DNA of 30,948 nt, taken from NCBI GenBank assembly GCA_008632985.1, contig QPGO01000067.1:124001-154948 (forward strand). The letters run 5' to 3'. Positions 1-13,019 of this stretch are shown here, piece by piece (position 1 is the first letter of the stretch; every line of letters starts with the position of its first letter). The translations under genes were made by a program, and so were the position numbers. This DNA is from Psammoneis japonica. Its lineage: Eukaryota. The notes below the pieces were generated by a model. The model saw only the letters and a program-made list of their open reading frames with translations. It was not told the DNA's origin and searched no databases.

Positions 1-1197
1 CTGGGCGACGCCAGGAATTAACTCTGCTTCAGTACAGGCTTGCATGCCCTCAACGACTTGGACCTTGGCGAGCTCGGTAAAGTCAGGAATAGAGAAGGCG
101 TGCAACATGCCGTTGGGCATAAGTACCATTACGTATTCGCCATGACCAACTTCATAGGCAAAGCCACACTGGCGTTCCGTGCCGAGTGACAAGACGTGGT
201 CCTCCGTCAGCACCGTTTCGGACTGCTTGAAGGCCATTAGGTTGTAACTACCAGAGCCGCCAAAGTTGCCGACAACGTACTCTTGTTCGTGGTGGTCGGT
301 GAAGCTTCCCGTGCGGTGTTCCGGAAAGGAGTCTGGGTATTCGAGAGCCCGGGTCTGGTACGACATGGAGGGAGAGGCGTAGTCGATTCGGAGAATGCCG
401 CCGTGTTCAACGTCGCAGGCCAAGGCAAAGGTGTCCGCCTGGACAGCCTCTCCATGGAAACCAGAGCATGACGTATCAGGACTCGCGGTGTCGGCGATCT
501 CGTGCAAGACGTTACCCTCGTAGTCGACGACCTGAAAGGTGGCAGGCAAGGACGTGCTACCCTCGACTCCGTTGAGTCGGTCTTCAACAGGAAGGGAGTA
601 CAAAAGATGATCTTCATCGACCGAAATGGCCACACCGTGGTGGCTTCCTTCAAGAGTGATGTTGTGGATAATGGCACTCTCTGTGGCGGATCCGAACTTG
701 TCCTCGTCCAATACCCACACGGTTGAGTTTATCGTGGGATCCGCATCAAAGCTACCGTCGCAGAAAATGGCAATATCCCCATTGTGACGGACAAAATGGA
801 TAGCCCGAGCACATTGAAATTGCGCATTCTCCACCATGGAAAGAGGACCGTACTCGACCGCGTCGTGGTCACCGTGGGACTCGACGCGAACTCCAGTGTT
901 GATCCAACTTACCACGCCATCGGAATAGAACTTCTCTTCCATACCGCGGTAAATGGCTGCCACTGTGGCACCGTCCGAGGTCAAACCAAAACTGACGCCC
1001 GGGCCAGCCGCACCGGGGACGTCCATGGTGGTTTCCTGGACCAAATTGGCAAGATTGCCATCCGACACGTCAAAGATGCGGACCGTGGCATCGTCCGTTG
1101 ACGATAAAAAGAGCTTGCCATGAGTGCATTCGAGCTCGGCGACTGCGCTCTTTGCCATGAGCCAAGAGCAAAAGAGAGCAAAGGATGGAAGCTTCAT
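1..1197 (-). CDS. Secreted AztD-like (zinc metallochaperone-like) beta-propeller protein, 3'-partial (399 codons visible, runs off the window)
   Basis: Manual translation; it is missing from the ORF track because there is no stop in the window. ATG at 1197 gives MKLPSFALFCSWLMAKSAVA (signal peptide), and the frame is open to base 1. Motifs INTGVRVESHGDH, AIHFVRHNGDIAIFCDG, SHHGVAI and CSGFHGEA..FALAC resemble the His-rich motifs of bacterial AztD. Confidence 0.75.
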   Translation of the reverse strand, partial: MKLPSFALFCSWLMAKSAVAELECTHGKLFLSSTDDATVRIFDVSDGNLANLVQETTMDVPGAAGPGVSFGLTSDGATVAAIYRGMEEKFYSDGVVSWINTGVRVESHGDHDAVEYGPLSMVENAQFQCARAIHFVRHNGDIAIFCDGSFDADPTINSTVWVLDEDKFGSATESAIIHNITLEGSHHGVAISVDEDHLLYSLPVEDRLNGVEGSTSLPATFQVVDYEGNVLHEIADTASPDTSCSGFHGEAVQADTFALACDVEHGGILRIDYASPSMSYQTRALEYPDSFPEHRTGSFTDHHEQEYVVGNFGGSGSYNLMAFKQSETVLTEDHVLSLGTERQCGFAYEVGHGEYVMVLMPNGMLHAFSIPDFTELAKVQVVEGMQACTEAELIPGVAQ

Positions 1198-1831
1198 GGT
1201 ACAATCGATTGTTTGTTTTGGTTGCTGTCTCGAGAAAATGAGAACTGCGAATGGCCTCGAGCAAACGCCGCAGCAAGACAATACCAGATGTACCTGTACC
1301 TACTGTATCATAGGATTCGGATCTGGAAGGACCACAAAAGATCGTGAGAACGCAAATACTGGATACTACTTGTTGACACTTCGTCGCAGACGCGCGGGAA
1401 TCTCGTTTGAAATTTCACATGTTTAGGCCAAAAGTGGCCTTTTGAGGCTGTTTTGGGGCTATTGGATACGTCAGCTCAGTTTAGGTAACAAGAGCTCCAG
1501 GCCTAAGAGAGGCTAAGTTTCACCGATGTTTTGACGGTGAGTACTAGTAGAGAGCTAGTAGTAGAGTCGCACCGTAGATCCAATCAATTGTGTTCATCAA
1601 GAGCATGATTGGTGCCGATCTTTCGGTTTCAGGGCCTGGTAAAGCCTCATGACGCTCCGGTAGCTTCAGAACAAGGGACTGACGGCCATTTTCGCACGAT
1701 TCAGTCACGATGGAAGTGAGGAAAGGGACCGGAGTTACCCGCACAACGTAGTTCAGAGCGAAAGAATTGAAAAGACATCACCGAGCATCCATCATTTCCC
1801 GATTAGAGAGCAAATCGTTGCCGGCTTGACA

Positions 1832-2449
1832 ATGAATAACCCGTGCAAACAGATTTTCATTATGGTCACTCTCCTTGCGATCCGCGTTGCGCCTGCCGAG
1901 GTGTGCAATTCCAATGCTGACTGTTCCAATGGGGGTGCATGCGAATCTTTTGATTTCGCCTCTGGAGGTCACCCTGCCATTGAGGCAAAGTGTAAATGCC
2001 AAATGGGCTTTTGGGGCGAACGGTGCGAGAAAACATGCCCCTTGCGGTGCGAGAATGGCGGTCAGTGCGAGCTCGAATCGGATCTTCACGGGAATTTGTC
2101 CGAAGCGTCTGATTTTGTCTGTGAATGTCCAAAATCCTTTCAAGGTCCACTCTGTAAGGACCTTAAAAATGACAAGGGGGAGTCTTCGCCCGCAGCGGCT
2201 CCAACACCAAACACAAACGACAGCAGTTCCAGCTCACCCTTGTCCGCCGGGGCTGTTGCTGCGATTGTGGTCGGCAGCATCGTCCTAGTGGCACTGTTTG
2301 TATTTGGTGTAGCCTTGAGAATTTATAGAAGTCGCAATGCAGAAACACAGAAAGGACGTGAGGAGACGGATGAAGCGGTCCTTCCACATGACGAGGGAGC
2401 TGCTCAAGAAGACGACACGTCATCTTTTAAAGATGAACCTATAGCGTAG
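1832..2449 (+). CDS. EGF-like domain single-pass membrane protein
   Basis: Signal peptide, two EGF-type Cys patterns (CSNGGAC...CKCQMGFWGERC and CENGGQC...CECPKSFQGPLC), a Ser/Pro linker, a TM helix AVAAIVVGSIVLVALFVFGVAL and an acidic tail. First ATG at 1832. Confidence 0.85.
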   Translation: MNNPCKQIFIMVTLLAIRVAPAEVCNSNADCSNGGACESFDFASGGHPAIEAKCKCQMGFWGERCEKTCPLRCENGGQCELESDLHGNLSEASDFVCECPKSFQGPLCKDLKNDKGESSPAAAPTPNTNDSSSSSPLSAGAVAAIVVGSIVLVALFVFGVALRIYRSRNAETQKGREETDEAVLPHDEGAAQEDDTSSFKDEPIA

Positions 2450-2450
2450 G

Positions 2451-2821
2451 TTAGTGATAACGTTCAACAAAGAGTATGCTACAGATCGGATGAACCGCAC
2501 TTGGTCGCAAGTAGGCTGACAGGATGCTGAATTTGAGCGCGAAGCCTCCCGCCAAATTCACGGATCTAGCAGGGAAGACAAGAACAATGAGATGTCTAGA
2601 GGGTGCCGTACAATTGCGGTGTTGGTCGCCCTTTCCGCAAGCTCGTCTTGACAGACAATGACCATGCCCACAAACACATGAAACACTTCTTGTTAAACAT
2701 CATTTTCACCATTTTCAGTTGCAATGCCCCTCCCTGGTGCAGCACTGTAGAAGTGGAGCATTCACTGGTCACCTCTTGCACACGAAAAGCACTGTGAAAG
2801 TTCAGCACCATGCTCAACACA
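2451..2821 (+). repeat. Dispersed ~370-bp repeat, copy 1 (paralog at 20184-20551)
   Basis: Collinear shared blocks such as cgttcaacaa, atgctacagatcggatgaac, cacggatctag, ttgcggtgttggtcgcccttt, acctcttgca and tcagcaccatgctc, in direct orientation with small indels. Confidence 0.9.
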
Positions 2822-4820
2822 AGAAACCAGATGCAGCAAACCCAGCAGCGAGTTCACTTCTGGGAAGTGCCACGGTGATGCCTTCTTGACGTGCTCTTTG
2901 AGCAGCCATGTCTCAAATTCCAGCTGGAACCCACAGGGGATGAAGTGATTTTTGGACATGTCAATGAGTTGGATGGGGCAGAGGCAGCTGTCATGTGAGA
3001 GGGAGTCAGCAATCACATTCTGTTTTCCCAGAAATCACCAGCCAGAGTGTGTGCAATCTCCAGTGGGATGATGGCACTGTCATCATCAAAGTTTGACATC
3101 TGGATCTAGCCAACGGCTGATGTGCCATTGCCATCAGAGCCAGCAGCCCAACTCCACTTGAGGGAAGTCCAAATGAAGGTCCATGCAATGCATGGTCATT
3201 GTCAGGCAACAATGCAGCATGCCAAAAATTTCAGTGTGTTGAGGGCAGCATGATGGCACAAGTGAGGTGGCCGTTCCCAGCATCATCACAGGGCTGCAGA
3301 TGTGGCACAGAGTCTCCCACCAAGGCAGATTTGATTTGGAGCAAAGCATGACAGCACTCAGGCTGGTGCCACCTGGTGCTGCACAGTGGAGAAATGTCAA
3401 CCAGAGAAACAAGGCAGCACATTGAGCCAGGGACAGTGGTGCTGCACTGTGACATTGTTTTGAGCAGTGTGCAGAGCCTGCCAGAGGTGACTGAGGAAGT
3501 GATGTGTGTGTGGCAGGCATGACAAGTGCCATGTGGTTAAAGCATCTGACCAACTCCAGCTGGGGCTGGCTGGGCAAAAGCCATGCAAGGACAGTGTGGA
3601 TGTTGGAAGCTGTCCAGGCCACTGCTTTGTTGTGTGACAAGGTGGTGGACAAGTCACATGTGCTGAAAAGCCAGCCAAAAACTGCTTGTGCTTTGGCAGA
3701 GGGGTGGCTTCAACTGGAAATTTGGCAAGGGAAACAAAGAAAACCCTTCTGACAAATGGCCTTGAACTTGAACTGCAAAGCTGGTTGGCCAAGTGAGTGC
3801 AAGACAAATGGGATGACCATGCTGCCCTGACCACAGCTCTGCTCAAGAAAGGTGCTGAAGATGCTGTTGACAAAGCAGCCAAACTTGGGGAGATGAGTCA
3901 AGCAGAAGGAAGTGACAGCCCACTCATCAGTGGGAGAGAAGGCAATGTCAGCACTGTCTGGTGGCAGTGTGGAAGCTGCTAAGATCAATGTTTGGCAGAG
4001 AGAGACTTCAGTGCAAAATTTTGTGCTGGAGTTGCCACACAGAGCAACCTCACAATTTGGCTCATCCCCAAGAAAGGCTCCAAAATCTGGGAAAGATTGC
4101 AGCAAAACACCTGATGTGGGTCCAGCTGGGCTCTGCCTTGCCATCAAAAAAGACAGACCTGTTGAGCACATGTGGTGGCATTTCCAGTGGCAGCAACAGT
4201 CCTCTGGCTGGCTCTGGAACATGCATGACAACACACAAGACAAATGGCCTGCCTGACAACCATGTTTTCCATTGAAAAGACTTGGGTGGGCCCCAAGAAC
4301 AACCCAGTGGTTTGGTTTGCTGGGATCTGCAGCAAGAAGTCACAGAATCACACACAATGCAGTGGCAGCACCACCCTGCTTGCAAGGCGCACCCAGCAAA
4401 TGGAGCTGAGGAGGCCAAGAAGGTTGCACAACCACCATGGTGCAACAAGTTGTGCACAACTTGCCAACAAGACACTGGCTGATCTGGGGCCAAGTGGTGT
4501 CAAGACACATCTCCAAAATGCCTGCAATGTTGGCCTGAATCTTGTCCATCATGATCTGGGAGCAGGTGATGTTGAAGTTGCCCCCACTTTTGTTGCAGGA
4601 TTGCCTGCTCTCACCAAAGGCCCAATGCCTGGTCCAGCAGCTGGAGCTTTTTGAAGACAAGGGATTGCCAACTGCTTTGTTTGCAGGAAAGTTGGAGCAA
4701 CCAATCATTGGACCCCTGGAAGGGGTGTGGGATGACAGCCAAGAGCTGAGCAGACTGCCAAGCAGCAGCTTGCAAACATGGGAAAGAGCTCTCACTCATG
4801 GTTGGGGAACTGCTTCCTTG

Positions 4821-4821
4821 A

Positions 4822-4868
<47 letters not shown>
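4821..4868 (+). repeat. (AAAG)12 microsatellite
   Basis: Perfect tetranucleotide run read directly. Confidence 0.97.
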
Positions 4869-4869
<1 letters not shown>

Positions 4870-7800
4870 GAAAAAGGCACACAGCTTGCATCAAACTGAA
4901 AAGGCAAAAGAAACAACTTGCCCTGCCTCAAAGAAAACCCCAGTCATTTTGAGTCATGTCAGTGACAGCTGGCATCATTCAGAGGAGCTTTCACTGGTGA
5001 GGAACCAGCAGAAGAACAAACCAACTGCTTCTTCTGATGAGGAGACCCTGATGGTCTTTGACTCACAAAGCTGTTGGAGCTGCACAAAGGGATGCATGGC
5101 CCAACAGGAGCTCTGTTTGTGTGCACATCTGGCATGTTTTGTTCTTTCCACATCCTGCTCAGAGAACAAAGCATTCATGTCATGGATTCATGTCATGGTG
5201 TCAAAGCCAACAGTCTTTTTCTGGATGCACCAAATCAGCAGGATCAAGAGCTGCACACATGACCAAATGATGAGGCAACACATTTGCAAAAGCCTTGTTT
5301 CACATGATCAGGCATGTTGACACCTGAACAACTTGTCAATTGGCAGTGCTCAAGCAGCAGCCAGCAAAGAAGTCACAATGAGAACAGGATTCCAAGTGCC
5401 TCAAAAGAACAAGAAGAAGGAGGCTGTCCAAGTGCTGGGTCATTGAAGTCAATGAGGGGAGGCTGTCCTTCACTCATTGGGGCCCATCTCCAAAGGTGGT
5501 GCTGCAGGATGTGCAGAGCCATTGCTTCCAACTGCAGCATGGCCAGCCACAGATGACCTGCAAACTTGATGAGAGCAGAAATGTGGGCCACCACCTGCAA
5601 AGCCAAGGATGACTTCTAAGCACAAAGCATGCACAAGCATGCTTCAAACACAAAAGCATTGAGTTTGGGCCAGCTTGCAGCAAAGGTTCAGTGCCCATCA
5701 CAAAGAAGAGCAGACACCTCCACTGGAGACAAAGCTTTTTTGAAGGAACAAAAGCAACTTCCAACTGCTGAGTGGAGGTTGCAGAGCAGCCTTCAACCCA
5801 GGAACACGTCAAACCCAGAAAAAGCACACACATGCAGATGCTTCTAGAGAAGACATGTGGAGCTTCTCCATGCAGAAACTGCCAATGTGCAGTTGCACCA
5901 AAAAGTGGGCATGTCAGTTGCAAGAATGTGGGGGATGAGGCACAAACAGAGAGGTGACTGTGCCATGAAGCCACACTGGGAGCCTGTGTTGCTGACCCAT
6001 TGGATGGAGCTTCAATTGTCCCTCCTCAGCATGGGAGCCTGTGTGGTGCAGGGATGAGCAGGGGCCATTTGCCACCAGCCTGCAGCAGAAATTTGTTCAA
6101 AATGTTTGTTGCATGGGCTGTGGGAGTCCAACAAACTTGGAGCAGTGGCGCCATCAAGCACAGGTGGAGGAGGTGGGTGTGCATTCATGGAGTCACAACT
6201 GGGATGCAAATTGACTCACCTGAGAGCCATTTGGTCCCCACCTCAAGGCATGTGCAGAGTGGGAAGAACCTGGTTTCCAAGCAAGCAGTGCCCAGCACAT
6301 CACAAGCAGCAGTGTCCATGTTTTCTTTTCACCACACACACCATTGCTGTTGACTTGGCCCTGTGCCAAGATGCAGAAAGGACTGCAGCAGAGACATGTG
6401 ACAGGCAATGAGCTGATGGGCTGCATGAGAGCTGGGTCCATGTGCCAGTCAACTGGGCTGGAGCTGGGGCATTGAAATTCACTCTTCTGGGATCAGGCAA
6501 CCCAGTTTGCCAAATTTTTCATGTCGGGGTGGTTGAGACAGGGTAATTTGTGTGACTGTCATTCTGGCTGCAGTTTGCACAACAAGGTCCAGCAAAGAAT
6601 TGTCTGGCACAGACCACTGAACCAAAAAGTTTGGGGCAGTCTCTGACACAGCACATGGTTTTCCTTGCACTGTGAGTCAGGTGTTGCTGTGCCTCAGTCA
6701 TGTGATCATTCTTGACTGTAGGACAGGAGTTTGTTTGGCTTTTTGGCGTGCTGTGGCTTTGCCCTTTGCCTGCTCAGTTTGACGATGCTTGATGCATTCC
6801 AGCTGCAGATGGGACTCTGTGTGGTGCTGGGCCTGCAGAGTTGTGCAGTGCATCAGCTCTGCAGTGAAGCTAGGGGCAACTTTGTGCTTGTTCAAGCTCC
6901 TCCATGCTTGAAGCACATGCCATTTCTTTTGCCTGGCTGCACTCTGCAGATGTTGAAGAGCACAACCAGCCAATTCTTGTTGTTGGAAATGGCTGCAACA
7001 AAAAGCCTTTGGCTTTGCAAGCAGAGAGTTTGAGGCCATTTTGCAATGGAGCACATGTGGAAATGCATCACATGATTTGACAATGTTCATGCTGCAGCCC
7101 AGCAGTGAAAGGTCCCACCCAGAGCTGGGGAGTGTGTCATGCATCTGCCAGGCTTCCTGGTGAACTGGCCAAGGTGAGGGTGGGCATCACAGCCGAAGCT
7201 GGTGCACTGCAGTGCACAAGAAAGGAGTTGCCTTGTTTGTTGCCCAGGTGGTGTTTCATGCCCTCTGAGAGGTCATTTGGCAGGTGAGAGGGGCTGAAAT
7301 GAACACCAGCAATTTTCTTTGCCAAAGACAATGAGATCTTGATTGTGAAGCATGGGTGACCCAACTGCTTGTGCATGTCTTGGACCCTCACATGTCATCT
7401 CATCTAGATGGCTCTCTGGGTGGCTCTCTTTTGGGCCTGAGCAATGGCTGTGTGAACATGTGGCAAGTTTTGTTGATGGGCTGCTTGGCAACATGACATG
7501 AGCTTCTGCAAGCAGTTTGCACTGAAGTGGCCACTTGGTGAGAAGTTTGTTTTGTGGCACTGGTGCTCCTGCACCCCTGCAGCTGGGTTGCTGCTCCTCC
7601 TTGGTTTGCTGCAGCAGCTGACAAGGAAAGCAGAAACAGGGGTGCTGCAAGGCAGCCACTGTCTTTGTCCTTTCAAGCTGTCTGCTTTTTGTCATCATGC
7701 AAAAGCCACAAAGAACAGCTGTGCTGGTCACAGCTTGCAAGCATTTGATGGTTCTGGAAGGAGGTGAGTCAGGCAGCCATCCATGAGTGGGCAGACATGA

Positions 7801-8929
7801 GCTGGTCAACAGCCCTTGCATCATCTCCTGTTCTGCAGGAGCACAGTTGTTGAAGAACTTCTCATTTGTCAGCATGTGCAGCCCCCCCCCCCTCCTTTTG
7901 AATTGCTGCCCATCATTGCAAACCACAACAGCACTGATGGATCAAATTTTAACCCATCAAAGCTCAAAACATGCCAGCATTGTTGACTGTCCCATCTCAA
8001 TGGCCCTCTTCCATCAAATGGCTACAAAAATTTAGCATCTGCTTTCTCACAAAGTGAAGAGTGAGCTGACAAGTTGATGTTGAATCCAGTGGTGCATGTG
8101 ACATTGACATGACAGTGTCTGACAAATTGTCTCGGTCATGGTTTCATGTCAATGCACAAAAACACTTTTTGAAAAGATGTGATGGCTTGACATTGCTGAT
8201 CAGACCCCACTGGTTGCTGCACACAATGAATTGAAAGAGCCACAGTCAGGGGCAGCTGTTCCCAAGTCCAACATTGGATGTTGAAATCACTTCCATGTCA
8301 ATGACAAGACAATCAATGGTTTTTCCAAGCCTTGGTGCCAAGCATCAAGAATTTGAGATGAACGTTCAAGAACTCACAATGATGGGAGCTTGCACACTTC
8401 AAAGAAAACATTGACATGAACATGAGGCAGAAGGCATCAAATGTTCCCCAGAGTTGGCAACCAGTTGCATGATTGGTGACACCTGTGCAGCTTGGGTGAT
8501 CCTCTCTCTCAGAAGCCAAAGAAGTGAACATGGCACAGCAGTGACATTTAGATTCTTGCTCGAACTGTTGTCAATCGAGAAAATTCATGGTGAATCCTGT
8601 GGTTGACAATGTCACAGTTTGTTGTGCAAAAAGCTTGAGAGACTTTGCAGCACACCTGCATCACTTTTATCCTTGGACAAGGGGGGGGGGCACACCCCTT
8701 GTGCATGACAGCTGCACCAGAATTCCTTTGCATGTTGCTTGGTGTCAAAAAGCATGCACCAAATCTTTGAGGCACCAAAGAAGTCAAAACCCATCCACTC
8801 AAGTTGCAAACGCTCATCGCATTGGTCATGCAACTGTGAAATGGACAGGCATGGACAGCCACACCCCTGCTCATGTGATGAAAATGCAAATGCATTGTGC
8901 ACATGTGAGAGGACAAAAAGGCCAAGGTT

Positions 8930-11137
8930 GTTGGCTGCCACCCAGACGGGAAACATTTGCCGTCTGGGCATCCAGCACAATTTGGGGCACAGTCTTCATG
9001 ACATGCAAATTCAGAGCAACAACAGCAACTGGCAATGCATCCACCAGAGCAGCTTGGGCTGGGACAGTCTGCTGTCATGGCACACTGGACGACATCAGAC
9101 TTCCAGCCAAAAAAGCAGCATTCACCATCAATGCATCTGTCGAAATGGCCATCAGACTTTGGGTCATGCTGCTCACACTGCCTGTCACTTGTGCATGGCA
9201 GCTTGCAAATGTTGTGGGTGCACTTCACGGGAGCTTCTTCACATTCCCCTTGAATTTCTCCAGTGCACTTCCAGTCGCAAGGCACACATGGCATGCACTC
9301 AATGTGCTCTGAACATCCCCCCCGTGCAACATCCTCACCTTGCATGCAGATGTTGCAGAATCGCAAAACGCTTGTTCATCAGACATGCAATGATCATTGT
9401 GATCACATCTTCCTGTGCAGGTCTTGTTGATGCACTGGGGCAATCATGACAGTCAGTGCATCATCTTGATTTGGAAGGTAAAACTTGCTTGTGCTCTGCA
9501 CCTTTGTTGGACAATCATCTTCCTCAAACTTTAGCATGTGAGTCACACTGCATTCAGACTTCCCCTGACCAGGAAAAGTCATGCTGTTTGTCAGATTGAA
9601 CTCTGTGTCGACACATGACTCGTTGTCCAAACCTTTAAATGAGCCCTTACTTGCTCCAATTGTGCGAGACTCTCCCTCAGCATTGACTTGTTTCCGACCA
9701 TCTGGAAACAATGTCGTTGCAACTACAAACCAACCCTGTTCTTGCCATAAGAATTTAGAGACGATTTTGCAGGTTCCAGTGTCATCTGGCCTCAACTTGC
9801 CTTTCAGAGTTTCATTCTTCTTATCTGTGGTCTCTCTCTCACTGACAGGGGTCTGTCCACATTTGTCAAGAGGGGTTTCAGTGTCGAGTCTGTAGAAATG
9901 TGACTCCACTTTGCTGACGTGAGTGGTTTTTGCTGTGTTTGCAGCAGTGCACTCAATTTTCTACAAGGACGAGCTTTTTGCAAGGGCAGAGGCATTGTTC
10001 CGCTGCAGCAATGTTGTCATTGACTTCTTGAATTGCCACAATCGAATGTCAGAGCTCCTCTCTGACAAAAGGATCATTGTCACTGTGGCAGAGTCTAGCC
10101 GAAGCAGGAAGACAAACCATCTGCAACAAAAGAGCTTGAGCAAGAGTTCCAGCAAACCAGCGTTTGCAGCTCCGGTGCTGCACCGGGTCAGCGTTGTCCA
10201 TGAATGTGTCAAGCACACAGTTTTCATGCTTTGCACCATGCTGACACACTCCAGTTTCGCGTCCGCTTGTCTTGTCATTGTTTGCAAACTTGCATCTCTT
10301 GGGACAGGAAGAGCTGTCACCGCACGCACATCCACACAACATCCGGATGAGATCTTGGGGACGATTCTGCAGCTGGTTGCAGACAAAAGGAAAGTCATCA
10401 CTGCAGAGCTCGGCAAGCAACTTTAACTCAGGATCAGGTGCACCACCTTGATCCACAGAATCAAGGAGAAAGCAAATGGAGCATTCACAGGCTGCGCATC
10501 CAGAGCAGACGTGGTCCAACTGAATCCTGATGTCGTCCAACACGTTGTCATTGATCACATCCTCTGTGTTTCAAAACTGACTTGCTGTCTGCGTGGCCAT
10601 CTCATCAAGCTTGGCATTCAGCTTGCTGAACTCCTCCTTGATGAGCACTTGCGTTGGGTCCATAGATTCACGCCCTGGAAATGGAGAAGCCAGGGACAAA
10701 GCAGGTCCGAGAACACTGCTTGCGGCTGCCAAACCCTTCACCAGATTACCCAGATCTGCAAAGACATTGGCAGCATCCAAGATGGCATCAAAAACAGTGC
10801 CGTAACTTGCAAGAAGAACTGAGGCCTGATCGGTCAATTTGTGCTTGGTGAGAGACTTGGAACAGATCATTTCTCCTCCGTCGCACACTGGATCACTGGG
10901 GCTTAAAGGGAATCCTCTTGAGTCCACCACACACAGGGGGACAAGGTCATCACTGTCTGGATCATTGCTTTTCTCGCCTTTCTTCAAGGCGCGGGTTTCC
11001 TCAAAACAATTGCTGGTGAGGAGGGGTCTGGAACAAGCATCCACAACATCCATCCTTGAGCCACAAACATTCCCAGCAAGGACAGCTCATGGGAGGAGGA
11101 GTGCCAGGGCAGGAAGCACCAAGATGGAGATTTTCAT
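8930..11137 (-). pseudogene. Decayed large secreted protein gene: signal peptide, cephalotoxin/rapunzel-like helical segment, Cys-rich C-terminal repeats
   Basis: ATG at 11137 gives MKISILVLPALALLLP*AVLAG (TGA probably from CGA). It continues through ORFs 10571-11053, 10049-10558, 9403-9909, 9225-9443 and 8548-9366 with stops and frameshifts. Contains LGPALSLASPF..DPTQVLIKEEFSKLNAKLD and repeated C-x3-C / C-xDGxC units. The 3' end is approximate. Confidence 0.65.
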
Positions 11138-12605
11138 TTTGTGAGAGCATGCATTGGGTTCAGTTTGTTCATGCCAGAAAGAAGCAATGAAACAAAAGTT
11201 GACAATGCAGGATGGATGATGGAGTTTGGGCTGCCCCGACAACCGGGTTTGCATTGACAAATGCAATTCCAGCCTCTGCCGGCAGTTGAGTTTCGTTCCA
11301 TGCATTGACAGCCCACAAGATCCCTTTGGCTTTGCATCAACGATGATGTTTTTGCTTTCATCCACTTTGCGATGTGCAACAATCTGATGTGCACTTTGAT
11401 CCACATCATTTTCATTCTCACCTTTTTGTGTGTGTGTTCGGACAAGGTTTGGACGCGACTCTCTGAACAAAAATCATGCAAACCACCACATCACATGGAT
11501 TGATTGCAGAATGTTCCAAAGAAAGGCATGAGTGAAAAAGACAGAAAAACATGCCGAAGGCATGGTTTGGCAGAAAATTCCTCGCACATGTGCAAAATGT
11601 CACGTTTGCATCAACAAACTACACACACCATGCACTGCACCTGCTTCCTGCCTCACTTGACGTTAAAGGGCACACGAGCACACTGCTGCTAGAGCCTGGA
11701 GAGTGGACCACTCCTCTCCACTGGCAGCAGAGCTCTGGCACTTGCAGGGCCCTGCATCATCATGCCTGCCGCAGTGCATTCCTTGTGTCTGTGCGTGAGT
11801 CATCGTCAGCGCTTCTGCATGCACTGCATTGCAAGCCCCAAAACCCGCACTGCGGCATTTGCTGGCTCTGTCTAATCCAAAGATTTGAGCATTGTGATGA
11901 CCCCCCAAACTTGCTCCTTTCCCCCTTTCCTCTTTTTGTTGCATGCCCAAGCAGCAACAGATGCCATGCCCATCACCACCTCCCCGCGCACTTTGTTGCA
12001 AGACATCTTGCAGCTTGTTCCACAAGGCGCGGCTTGAGAAGGTTTGTGCACCAATGCCAATGCACTGCCTCTTTCAAAGATGTTGCACAATTCAGTGGAT
12101 GCTGCCATCAATGCTGCAGGTGCAGTTTCAGTCATGCCGCTGTTGTCAACAACAGCTGCTGTGAGCCTTTTGCCGTGGAGCACCAAATTGTGCACCCTCC
12201 AAAAAGGAATGGATGTGCTCGACTCAAACCCTTTGCAAGGGTGGCCAGATTTCTTGGCACAAAACAGGCTGCTGGGAATGTCCGCAATGTCAAACAAGCC
12301 AGGGCAGCCCTTGATTCCTTGACCATGGCAACAAGCCCACATCAGATGGCCTGGTGGACAAAAAACGCAGCTTTTCAGAAGCCTTGGCAGCTGGGTTGCC
12401 CAACTCTCTAGATGAGCCTGGTCAGACAAAGATTTCACATCATGTCTGACCACACTGACTCACCTGGAGAGCTCCTTTGACCAAAAGGACTTTGGCTGAC
12501 ACATGAAGTGTTGTCAACAGTGTGGCAAAGAAGCTGTTCTCAGCACACTCTTCCAACCCCCCAGCATGACAAAACATGCACAGCTTCTTCTTTTTGGGGT
12601 CATCA

Positions 12606-13019
12606 AAAATGACTGTCTTTGAGAGTCAACACCAATCCAGCGTTGAGGTGTGCAATTTTTTCCATTTGCTCCACAAGCCGTGATGGATTAAAGCCCATGT
12701 CTGGCTTGCCATTTTCTCCCTTGAACACCTCAACATCTGGCTTGAATGTTGCAGAAGTTCCTGTTTTCCTCTTTGACTGCAACTTCTGGACAAGTTTGAG
12801 CTTGGAGTGCACCAAGTCATCATTGAGCAATGTCCGTGTCATCGGTGGCTGATGATGGCTTGCCTGAAGGGTGCTTTTCAAGTGTGCCCCCACTCAAATT
12901 TCATGTGACACATTTCTGTCCCCCTTGCAATCCACACAGTCATGTCTGCAAAAGCACTCAAGGCATTCACTGCTGATGCACTCACTCCATGCAAACCACC
13001 AGACACTTTGTGACCATCA
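12606..13019 (-). pseudogene. gyrB: DNA gyrase subunit B ATPase-domain exon fragment (nuclear, organelle-type), degenerate
   Basis: DGHKVSGGLHGVSASAVNALS matches GYKVSGGLHGVGVSVVNALS. KTGTSATFKPD..F and IAHLNAGL match LAYLNxG. Frameshift near 12890. Preceded by a pyrimidine tract and CAG acceptor (13020-13037). Confidence 0.88.

Noticed and set aside
7137..7391. FLVHCSA as a protein phosphatase HCxxGxxR motif
   Set aside because: The Gly and Arg are missing, and His/Cys are inflated by the mutational bias.
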